Below, piece by piece: positions 25,142 to 32,000 of a stretch of DNA of 32,000 nucleotides. The DNA comes from Sinorhizobium meliloti (GTDB lineage: Bacteria > Pseudomonadota > Alphaproteobacteria > Rhizobiales > Rhizobiaceae). A program made the position numbers and the translations under genes. A model generated the notes under the pieces. It was not told the origin of the DNA. It saw only the letters and a program-made list of their open reading frames with translations, and searched no databases. Positions within the stretch are counted from its first letter, which is position 1, and each line of letters opens with the position of its first letter. The DNA lies in assembly GCF_017876815.1 (NCBI RefSeq), contig NZ_JAGIOS010000001.1, positions 750,001 through 782,000 of the forward strand, given 5' to 3'.

Positions 25142-26842
25142 ATGGCGGAAGCAAGCACGCAACAGGCGGGCTCCAGCACGGCGAAGATTTGGCTTGGATC
25201 CTACCCGCCGGGCGTGCCGGCCGAAATCGGCCCGCTCACCTATCGATCCATCGGCGAATTCTTCGATCACGCGGTTGCGCAATATTCCTGGCGCCCCGCA
25301 TTCACCTGCATGGGCAAGGCACTGACCTTCTCCGATCTCAATACGCATTCGGCGAAAATCGGCGCCTGGCTGCAGTCGCTGGGGCTCGCGAAGGGCGATC
25401 GGGTTGCGGTGATGATGCCCAACATCCTTCAAAATCCGGTCATCGTCTATGGGATCCTGCGAGCCGGCTTCACCGTCGTCAACGTCAATCCGCTCTATAC
25501 GCCGCGCGAACTGGAGCACCAGTTGGTGGATGCCGGCGCCAAGGCGATCTTCGTGCTTGAGAATTTCGCTCATACGGTCGAGCAGGTGCTGGCCCGCACG
25601 GAGGTCAAGCATGTCGTGGTCGCCAGCATGGGCGACATGCTTGGTGCGAAGGGGGCAATCGTCAATCTGGTGGTGCGCCGCGTCAAGAAGCTCGTCCCCG
25701 CCTGGTCGATTCCAGGTCACCTTTCGTTCAAGACGGTTCTTGCCAAGGGCGCGACGCTCGGCTTCAAGCGCCCGAACGTAGCGCCGGGAGATGTCGCCTT
25801 CCTGCAATATACGGGCGGCACCACCGGTGTTTCCAAGGGCGCAACGCTGACGCACGCCAATCTCCTGTCCAACATGGCCCAGATGGAGCTGTGGCTGAAC
25901 ACGGCCTTCCTGCGCAAGCCGCGCCCGGAGAGCCTCACCTTCATGTGCGCGCTTCCGCTCTACCATATCTTCGCGCTCACGGTGAATTCGCTGATGGGAC
26001 TGGCAACCGGCGGCAACAACATCCTGATACCGAACCCGCGCGACATCCCCGCCTTCGTCAAGGAGCTCGGCAGGTACAGGACGAACATCTTTCCGGGGCT
26101 GAACACGCTCTTCAACGCGTTGATGAACAATTCCGAATTCCGCAAACTCGACTTCTCTTCCCTGATCCTGACCTTCGGCGGCGGCATGGCGGTGCAGCGG
26201 CCGGTCGCCGAGCGCTGGCTGGAGCTGACCGGCTGCCCGATCCATGAGGGCTACGGACTTTCCGAGACGTCGCCGGTCGCCACCGCCAACCGCCTCGACA
26301 CCGACGATTTCACCGGCACGATCGGCATACCGCTGCCCTCGACGGAGGTCGAGATCCGCGACGAGGACGGGCGCACGCTTCCCGTCGGCGAAATCGGTGA
26401 GATCTGCATTCGCGGGCCGCAGGTGATGGCGGGTTACTGGCAGCGCCCCGAGGAAACGGCCAGGGCCATTTCGCCGGACGGCTTCTTCCGCACCGGGGAT
26501 GTCGGCTTCATGAACGCCGAGGGACTGACGAAGATCGTCGATCGGAAGAAGGACATGATCCTCGTCTCGGGATTCAACGTGTTCCCCAACGAGATCGAGG
26601 AAGTGGCGGCGACCCATCCCGGCATCCTCGAATGCGCCGCAATCGGCGTTGCCGACCCGCATTCCGGCGAGGCGGTCAAGCTCTTCGTCGTGCGCAAGGA
26701 CCCGAACCTCACCGAAGAAGAGGTCAAGCGCCACTGTGCCGCCAGCCTCACCAACTACAAGCGGCCGCGATACGTGGAATTCCGCACCGAACTGCCCAAG
26801 TCGAACGTCGGCAAGATCCTGCGCAAGGACCTGCGCGGATAG
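25142..26842 (+). CDS. fadD: Long-chain-fatty-acid--CoA ligase
   Basis: ATG 25142 (GGGAGGAAGG SD) gives 566 aa. The AMP-binding motif is YTGGTTGVSKGA, followed by GYGLSETSP and TGD. The track ORF starts at upstream TTG 25118. Confidence 0.88.
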   Translation: MAEASTQQAGSSTAKIWLGSYPPGVPAEIGPLTYRSIGEFFDHAVAQYSWRPAFTCMGKALTFSDLNTHSAKIGAWLQSLGLAKGDRVAVMMPNILQNPVIVYGILRAGFTVVNVNPLYTPRELEHQLVDAGAKAIFVLENFAHTVEQVLARTEVKHVVVASMGDMLGAKGAIVNLVVRRVKKLVPAWSIPGHLSFKTVLAKGATLGFKRPNVAPGDVAFLQYTGGTTGVSKGATLTHANLLSNMAQMELWLNTAFLRKPRPESLTFMCALPLYHIFALTVNSLMGLATGGNNILIPNPRDIPAFVKELGRYRTNIFPGLNTLFNALMNNSEFRKLDFSSLILTFGGGMAVQRPVAERWLELTGCPIHEGYGLSETSPVATANRLDTDDFTGTIGIPLPSTEVEIRDEDGRTLPVGEIGEICIRGPQVMAGYWQRPEETARAISPDGFFRTGDVGFMNAEGLTKIVDRKKDMILVSGFNVFPNEIEEVAATHPGILECAAIGVADPHSGEAVKLFVVRKDPNLTEEEVKRHCAASLTNYKRPRYVEFRTELPKSNVGKILRKDLRG

Positions 26843-26860
26843 CGGTTTGGGCGCGGAAAT

Positions 26861-27001
26861 GCCCCTCATCCGGCCTGCCGGCCACCTTCTCCCCGCAGGC
26901 GGGGAGAAGGGACTCGCGGCACCGGCTCGCTCCATTTTGCCGCAGAGTGCGCGTCCGAGTCCCCTCTCCCCGCCTGCGGGGAGAGGGCTAGGGTGAGGGG
27001 C
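26861..27001. repeat. Composite GC-rich palindromic intergenic repeat (two inverted hairpin units; RIME/REP-like)
   Basis: Unit a is GCCCCTCATCC...CCTTCTCCCCG-CAGG-CGGGGAGAAGG (hairpin 26885-26910). Unit b is the inverted copy CCCTCTCCCCG-CCTG-CGGGGAGAGGG (26962-26987) ...GGGTGAGGGGC. The termini 26861-26871 and 26991-27001 are inverted repeats matching at 10 of 11 positions. Confidence 0.75.
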
Positions 27002-27157
27002 AGTCTTCGCCGCCCTACCGATGGAGAAAAGCGCCCGCCTTTTTTCGCTGCAGCGCACACCCGCCCTTGATTTGCCGCGGTTAAACCGACTAGCTATCGC
27101 AGCCAAATTCCGATGCCCCCATTCCCATGCCCTAGTTGCGATGCAAGGAGCCCTGCG

Positions 27158-28783
27158 ATGAAAGCGCTTGTCGAAAACCTGAAAGCCACTGCACGCGAGA
27201 CCGATGCGACCGATATCCGCGCCGCCTTCGCGGCCGATCCGAACCGTTTCTCGCGCTTCAGCACGGCGTTCGACGACCTCCTCTTCGACTATTCCAAATG
27301 CGCGGTGAACGACAGGATCATCGACGGGCTCGAAGCGCTCGCCAAGGCGGCGAAGGTCGAGGAAAAGCGCGATGCCATGTTCCGCGGCGATATCATCAAC
27401 ATCACCGAGGAGCGCGCGGTTCTGCATACGGCGCTGCGGAACAGGTCGAACCGGCCGGTCCTCGTGGACGGGAAGGACGTCATGCCGGACGTCAATGCCG
27501 TGCTCGAGGCAATGGGCAAGTTCGCTGACGATATCCGCTCCGGTGCCTTGAAAGGAGCCACGGGCAAGAAGATCACCGATGTCGTCAATATCGGTATCGG
27601 CGGTTCGGATCTCGGCCCGGTCATGGCGACGCTGGCGCTTGCCCCCTTCCACGACGGGCCGCGGCTGCACTTCGTTTCCAACGTCGACGGCGCCCACATC
27701 GCCGACACGCTGACGCTGCTCGATCCCGAGACCTCTCTCTTCATCGTCGCCTCCAAGACCTTCACCACGATCGAGACGATGACCAATGCGGCGACCGCCC
27801 GCGCCTTCATCGCCGGCAAGCTCGGCGAGGCGGCGGTAGGCCATCACTTCGCAGCCGTCTCCACCGCCCTCGACAAGGTCGGCGCCTTCGGCATCGATGC
27901 CGCCCGCGTCTTCGGCTTCTGGGACTGGGTCGGCGGACGCTATTCCATCTGGTCGGCGATCGGACTGCCGTTGATGATCGCGATCGGCAAGGAGAATTTC
28001 GGCCGCTTCCTAGACGGCGGCCATGCGATCGACGAGCATTTCCGCAGCGCGCCGCTTCGTCAGAACATCCCCATGCTGCTTGGGCTCATCGGCTTCTACA
28101 ATCGCAACGTTCTCGGCTATCCGTCGCGGGCGATCCTGCCCTACGACCAGCGGCTGACGCGCTTTCCGGCCTATCTGCAGCAGCTCGACATGGAATCGAA
28201 CGGCAAGGGCGTGACGCTCGACAGCCAGCCGGTCGAATTCTCGACCGGTCCCGTCGTCTGGGGCGAGCCCGGCACCAACGGCCAGCATGCCTTCTATCAG
28301 CTCATCCACCAGGGAACCGATGTCATTCCCGCCGAGTTCATGATCGCGGCGAATGGCCATGAAAAAGACCTGCGCCACCAGCACCAGCTCCTGATGGCGA
28401 ACTGCCTGGCGCAGTCGGAAGCGCTGATGAAGGGGCGTACGCTGGCGGAGGCCAAGGCGCAGCTGACCTCCAAGGGCATGGACGATGCTAAGGCCGACAA
28501 GATCGCACCGCACCGCGTCTTCACCGGAAACCGGCCGTCGCTGACCATCGTCTACGACCAGCTCGACCCCTTCGCGCTCGGCCGTCTGATCGCGCTTTAC
28601 GAACATCGCGTCTTTGTCGAAGGCGCGCTCTTCAACATCAATTCCTTCGACCAGTGGGGCGTCGAGCTCGGCAAGGAACTGGCGACCGGCCTGCTGCCCG
28701 TCATCGAAGGCAAGGAAAGCGCCGAGGGCCACGATTCCTCGACCGCCGGCCTCGTTGCCGCGCTGCTGAAGGCGGCACGCTGA
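27158..28783 (+). CDS. pgi: Glucose-6-phosphate isomerase
   Basis: ATG 27158 (AAGGAG 7 nt upstream) gives 541 aa. Motifs include [14 protein letters not shown] and [18 protein letters not shown]. The track ORF starts at upstream ATG 27113. Confidence 0.92.
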   Translation: MKALVENLKATARETDATDIRAAFAADPNRFSRFSTAFDDLLFDYSKCAVNDRIIDGLEALAKAAKVEEKRDAMFRGDIINITEERAVLHTALRNRSNRPVLVDGKDVMPDVNAVLEAMGKFADDIRSGALKGATGKKITDVVNIGIGGSDLGPVMATLALAPFHDGPRLHFVSNVDGAHIADTLTLLDPETSLFIVASKTFTTIETMTNAATARAFIAGKLGEAAVGHHFAAVSTALDKVGAFGIDAARVFGFWDWVGGRYSIWSAIGLPLMIAIGKENFGRFLDGGHAIDEHFRSAPLRQNIPMLLGLIGFYNRNVLGYPSRAILPYDQRLTRFPAYLQQLDMESNGKGVTLDSQPVEFSTGPVVWGEPGTNGQHAFYQLIHQGTDVIPAEFMIAANGHEKDLRHQHQLLMANCLAQSEALMKGRTLAEAKAQLTSKGMDDAKADKIAPHRVFTGNRPSLTIVYDQLDPFALGRLIALYEHRVFVEGALFNINSFDQWGVELGKELATGLLPVIEGKESAEGHDSSTAGLVAALLKAAR

Positions 28784-28817
28784 TCGACAGCCGATCGGAG
28801 TGATCGGTCAGCCGCGC

Positions 28818-28861
28818 GGATTCTCCCCCCTTGTGGGGGAGATGGCGGCAGCCGGAGGGGC
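28818..28861 (-). repeat. Third copy of the GC-rich hairpin repeat unit (single arm)
   Basis: The reverse complement reads GCCCCTCCGGCTGCCGCCATCTCCCCCACAAGGGGGGAGAATCC, which aligns with unit a at 26861-26910. The hairpin TCTCCCCC-CTTGT-GGGGGAGA lies at 28822-28842. Confidence 0.65.
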
Positions 28862-28915
28862 ATCACGGCCGCGCGTGCTGCGTGGACCCGCCGATACGGC
28901 GTAGTCGCACCAACG

Positions 28916-29842
28916 TCAGAGCCCGAGTTCGTGTCGCCAGGGCGGATTGGCGCCTGCGCGCGAAACAGTGACGGCCGCAGCCTTCGCTGCGAGCGTCAGG
29001 GCCTGGCGGATCGCCTCGTCGGTCAGGCTTGCCACCCTCTCCTTGGTCAGGAGGTTGTTGAACTTCAGCGAGGCCAGCACCCCGGCGTCGAAAGTGTCGC
29101 CCGCGCCGACCGTATCGACGACCTCGACCCGTTCGCTCGCGACCTCGACCTTGTGGCCGTTCGTATAACCGACGGCGCCGTCCGCGCCGCGGGTGATCAG
29201 CACCAGTTTCGGGCCGCGTTTCAGCCATTCGGCTGCGAGTGCGTCGTGGCTGCCCTCCATGCCGAACCAGGCGAGGTCCTCGTCGGAGAACTTGACGATA
29301 TCCGACATGGCCGCCATTCGGTTCATGCGTCCGACATGCGCCTCCCGGTCTTTGATGAAGCCGGGGCGGATATTCGGATCGAAGGAGATCACCCGTTTTT
29401 CGTGCTCCCGCGCCATCAGCGCCTCATAGGTGGAGCCGCAGGGCTCGGGAATGAGGCTGATCGCGCCGAAATGCAGCGCCTCGCAGAAATCTCCGAGCGC
29501 CGGAAGGTGCTCCGCAGTGATCATCCGCCCGGCCGTGCTCTCGTCGAAGAAGGCGTAACTCGCATGCCCGTCGACGAGCTTCACGAAGGCAAGCGTCGTG
29601 TGCAGCGGCAGCGTGGCGCAGGGAGCGAAATCGACATTCGCGGCCTTGAGCGTCGCGCGCAGGATGTCTCCGAACATATCGTCCGAAAGGCCGGTGAAAA
29701 AGCCTGTGGGGACGCCGAGCCGGCCGAGCGCGACGGCCGTGTTGAAGATCGCGCCGCCCGCATAGGGCGCAAAGGCGCTCTCGCCCGCCGTCGTCTCCCG
29801 CGGCAGCATGTCGATCAGGGCCTCTCCGCAGCAAACGATCAT
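28916..29842 (-). CDS. frk: Fructokinase (PfkB carbohydrate kinase family)
   Basis: ATG 29842 (GGAGGA 6 nt upstream) gives MIVCCGEALIDML... (308 aa). The PfkB signature is DTVGAGDTFDAG. The track ORF starts at TTG 29890. Confidence 0.85.
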   Translation of the reverse strand: MIVCCGEALIDMLPRETTAGESAFAPYAGGAIFNTAVALGRLGVPTGFFTGLSDDMFGDILRATLKAANVDFAPCATLPLHTTLAFVKLVDGHASYAFFDESTAGRMITAEHLPALGDFCEALHFGAISLIPEPCGSTYEALMAREHEKRVISFDPNIRPGFIKDREAHVGRMNRMAAMSDIVKFSDEDLAWFGMEGSHDALAAEWLKRGPKLVLITRGADGAVGYTNGHKVEVASERVEVVDTVGAGDTFDAGVLASLKFNNLLTKERVASLTDEAIRQALTLAAKAAAVTVSRAGANPPWRHELGL

Positions 29843-29898
29843 GTCCATTCCTCCCCAAACATATTCAATCGATCCGGCAAATCGCGCCAAGCCCTTCG

Positions 29899-30597
29899 TT
29901 ACTGGACCGCGAGCGCCCTGACGCCCCCGTTTCGGCCCGACCAGTCGAGCGGAGCATTGAGGAAGGCTTCGACCTCGTTCAGTGTCTTCTCGTCGAACAG
30001 CGCCAGTTCGCGCGCGACGGCAAGCACGTTGCGCCAGGTGGCGATGTAGTGCAGGTCGACGCCCTTCGACTTCATGTTGCCGCGCGCCTCCGGGAAGATG
30101 TCATAGTAGAAGAGGGCGATGCCGTGCTCGACCACGCCGCCGGCCGCGCGGATCGCATCGATGAACTTGAACATCGAGCCGCCGGCGGTCGTCAGATCCT
30201 CGATGACAAGGACACGCGCACCCTCAGGCATATAGCCCTCTATCTGGGCGTTGCGGCCGTGCCCCTTCGGCGCCTTGCGTACATAGATCATCGGCAGGCC
30301 AAGACGCTCGGCAAGCATTGCCGCGAAGGGAATACCGGCGGTCTCGCCGCCGGCCACCACGTCGAACTGCTCGAAACCGGCTTCGCGGAGGATCGTGGCG
30401 GCAGCGAAATCCATGACCGCCGAGCGGATGCGCGGATAGGAGACCAGCTTGCGGCAGTCGATATAGACCGGGCTCGCCATGCCGGAGGCGAGCCTGTAGG
30501 GCTCGTCGGCGCGAAAATGCACGGCCTTGATTTCCCAGAGCATCTTCGCGACCAGCTCGGCCATCACGGCCTTGTCGGTGAATGCGTTCGAAAACAT
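29899..30597 (-). CDS. pyrE: Orotate phosphoribosyltransferase
   Basis: ATG 30597 (AAGGAGAG SD) gives 232 aa. The PRPP-binding loop is [13 protein letters not shown]. The track ORF is over-extended to 30888. Confidence 0.9.
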   Translation of the reverse strand: MFSNAFTDKAVMAELVAKMLWEIKAVHFRADEPYRLASGMASPVYIDCRKLVSYPRIRSAVMDFAAATILREAGFEQFDVVAGGETAGIPFAAMLAERLGLPMIYVRKAPKGHGRNAQIEGYMPEGARVLVIEDLTTAGGSMFKFIDAIRAAGGVVEHGIALFYYDIFPEARGNMKSKGVDLHYIATWRNVLAVARELALFDEKTLNEVEAFLNAPLDWSGRNGGVRALAVQ

Positions 30598-30614
30598 GGA
30601 CTCTCCTTCGGCTA

Positions 30615-31658
30615 TCAGGCCTGTGTCACGGCCCAGTGGAGCGGGAACATCGGGTCGAAAACCGTGACCGGACCGGCTTCGGTCTCGATCCTGGCAGGGT
30701 AGCTGACCGGCTCCTCCTGCTTGCGCAGCGTGATCGTCTCCTCGTTTGCCGGCAGGCCGTACCAGGCGGGGCCGTTCAGCGAGGTGAAGGCTTCCAGCCG
30801 GTCGAGCGCACCCTCTTCCTCGAAGACGTGAGCGAGGCAGCTCAAGGTGTTGATCGATGTGTAGATGCCGGCACAGCCGCAGGCGCACTCCTTAAGCGGG
30901 TCGACATGCGGGGCAGAGTCCGTGCCCAGGAAGAAGCGGACGTCGCCCGAGATCGCCGCCTGGCGAAGCGCCAGCCGATGCGCCTCGCGCTTCGCCACCG
31001 GCAGACAGTAGTAATGCGGCTTGATGCCGCCGACGAGGATGGCGTTGCGGTTGATGATCAGGTGATGGGTGGTGATGGAGCCGGCAAGATTGGCCGCATG
31101 CTCGCGGATGTAGTCGACGCCGTCCTTCGTCGTCACATGCTCCATGGTGATCCTGAGATCGGGCAGGCGCCGGCGGAGCGGGTCGAGAACGGTTTCGATG
31201 AAGACCGCCTCGCGGTCGAAAATGTCGACCTCGGCCGTCGTCACCTCGCCATGGACGCAGAGCGGCAGGCCGATCTCGGCCATGCGCTCGAGCACCGGCA
31301 TGGCCTTGTCGATATCGCGGACGCCGCTCGACGAATTGGTTGTGGCGCCGGCCGGATAGAGCTTGACGGCCTTGACGAGGCCGCTCCTGAACCCGGCTTC
31401 CACATCTCCCGGATCGGTGCCCTCGGTAAGATACAGCGTCATCAGCGGCTCGAACCGGTCCCCTGCGGGAATGGCGGCGAGGATGCGCTCGCGATAGGCG
31501 GCCGCATCGGCGGAGGTCACCACGGGCGGCACCAGATTGGGCATGATGATGGCGCGCGCGAAATGGCGGCTCGTATCGGCAATCACGCCGCGCAGGATGC
31601 CGCCGTCGCGAAGGTGAAGATGCCAATCATCAGGGCGGCGTATAACGAGGTCTTGCAT
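30615..31658 (-). CDS. pyrC: Dihydroorotase (homodimeric type)
   Basis: ATG 31658 gives [19 protein letters not shown]... (347 aa). The HxH metal motif is present. It sits 17 nt upstream of pyrE. Confidence 0.9.
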   Translation of the reverse strand: MQDLVIRRPDDWHLHLRDGGILRGVIADTSRHFARAIIMPNLVPPVVTSADAAAYRERILAAIPAGDRFEPLMTLYLTEGTDPGDVEAGFRSGLVKAVKLYPAGATTNSSSGVRDIDKAMPVLERMAEIGLPLCVHGEVTTAEVDIFDREAVFIETVLDPLRRRLPDLRITMEHVTTKDGVDYIREHAANLAGSITTHHLIINRNAILVGGIKPHYYCLPVAKREAHRLALRQAAISGDVRFFLGTDSAPHVDPLKECACGCAGIYTSINTLSCLAHVFEEEGALDRLEAFTSLNGPAWYGLPANEETITLRKQEEPVSYPARIETEAGPVTVFDPMFPLHWAVTQA

Positions 31659-31847
31659 ATCAGCGTTCTCCCGATGCTCGCGCCCGATCCGCGCGGCCGG
31701 CATCAGGGCGTACCGGTGCGCTCGAAGGGCGGCAACTCATGTGGTGAAACCGCGCCTCGATAACACCATTGCGCCGCCGAAGACAATGGCCATTCGAAAG
31801 CTCACCGCAGTCCGCGGCCGGAAACTGCGGGACGAATGCCGAGCACT

Positions 31848-32000
31848 CTAAAAGTCCCTGATCACGACATCCGCCGGCCTGCGGCTGTCGACGACCCGGC
31901 GGGCATTGGGTATGTCGTTGCCATAGGCCTTGCTGCGCGCCGCGTCTTCGTCATAGCCGTGGTCGTACCAGCGCTGCAGGAGCCGCCGCTCGAGCACCTC
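31848..32000 (-). CDS. 3' end of an unidentified protein-coding gene (partial, runs off the window)
   Basis: My hand translation of the minus strand gives ...EVLERRLLQRWYDHGYDEDAARSKAYGNDIPNARRVVDSRRPADVVIRDF, ending at TAG 31848-31850. The frame stays open to the window edge with GC-rich third positions. No family was recognised. Confidence 0.45.
   Translation of the reverse strand, partial: EVLERRLLQRWYDHGYDEDAARSKAYGNDIPNARRVVDSRRPADVVIRDF

Noticed and set aside
27021-27050. Terminator after the repeat (GAAAAGCGCCCGCCTTTTTTCGC).
   Set aside because: A T-run is present, but I could not draw a stable stem preceding it.
24947-27059. Exact 13-nt direct repeat GCTGCAGCGCACA flanking fadD (24947-24959 and 27047-27059).
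   Set aside because: Several exact 13-mer coincidences are expected by chance in a 32-kb GC-biased window. Similarity does not extend beyond the 13 nt.
25115-27847. 910-aa ORF on the minus strand spanning fadD, the intergenic repeat and part of pgi.
   Set aside because: It lies antisense to two genes with unmistakable family motifs and runs straight through a non-coding palindromic repeat. Its translation is Arg/Gly/Ala/Asp-rich and low in complexity. This is the typical stop-codon-poor antisense frame of a GC-rich genome.
26861-28861. CRISPR-like array suggested by the repeated GC-rich hairpins.
   Set aside because: There are only three units, in mixed orientation with irregular spacing. 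One interval contains the pgi gene, and there are no cas genes. These are dispersed REP/RIME-type repeats.
28931-31763. Plus-strand ORFs 28931..30049, 30049..30702 and 30582..31763.
   Set aside because: They are antisense to frk, pyrE and pyrC, all of which have diagnostic motifs and SD-ATG starts.

Overview
This is a GC-rich alphaproteobacterial core-chromosome segment. Gene content and order look Rhizobiaceae, Sinorhizobium/Ensifer-like. It is densely packed with recognisable housekeeping genes.

Left to right:
- a SAM-II-like riboswitch leader plus metZ
- an orphan CDP-alcohol phosphatidyltransferase
- apaG, then hslO (Hsp33)
- argF-argD
- gcrA, behind an AT-rich, GANTC-dense intergenic region
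- the complete Pho cluster phoR / pstS-pstC-pstA-pstB-phoU-phoB on the minus strand, with four phased Pho-box repeats upstream of pstS and a divergent ppk2
- a bitopic hypothetical protein
- an NMO-family flavoenzyme gene
- tRNA-Thr(CGU)
- an orphan periplasmic binding protein
- a four-gene membrane cluster: AI-2E transporter, YnbA-like CDP-alcohol phosphatidyltransferase, PlsC-type acyltransferase, CdsA/YnbB-like cytidylyltransferase
- an MFS transporter
- fadD
- pgi, flanked by GC-rich hairpin repeats
- frk, pyrE, pyrC
- the 3' end of an unrecognised gene

I see no transposase, integrase, phage, CRISPR, toxin-antitoxin or defence-type genes. This reads as an ordinary core region, not an accessory island.

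Most worth follow-up:
1. The uncharacterised YnbA/PlsC/YnbB-like lipid module.
2. A TTGACGT..ACGTCAA operator shared by fadD and the NMO gene, with different half-site spacing at the two loci.
3. A 19-bp perfect palindrome upstream of the MFS gene.
4. The GANTC cluster and CtrA-like box upstream of gcrA.
5. A promoter-like element that fires directly into a terminator-like hairpin upstream of argD.
6. A small repeat family sitting in the 5' leaders of two unrelated genes.

All family calls rest on motifs read by eye and on memory of protein families. Nothing was searched against a database. The many long ORFs antisense to these genes are treated as GC-content artefacts.
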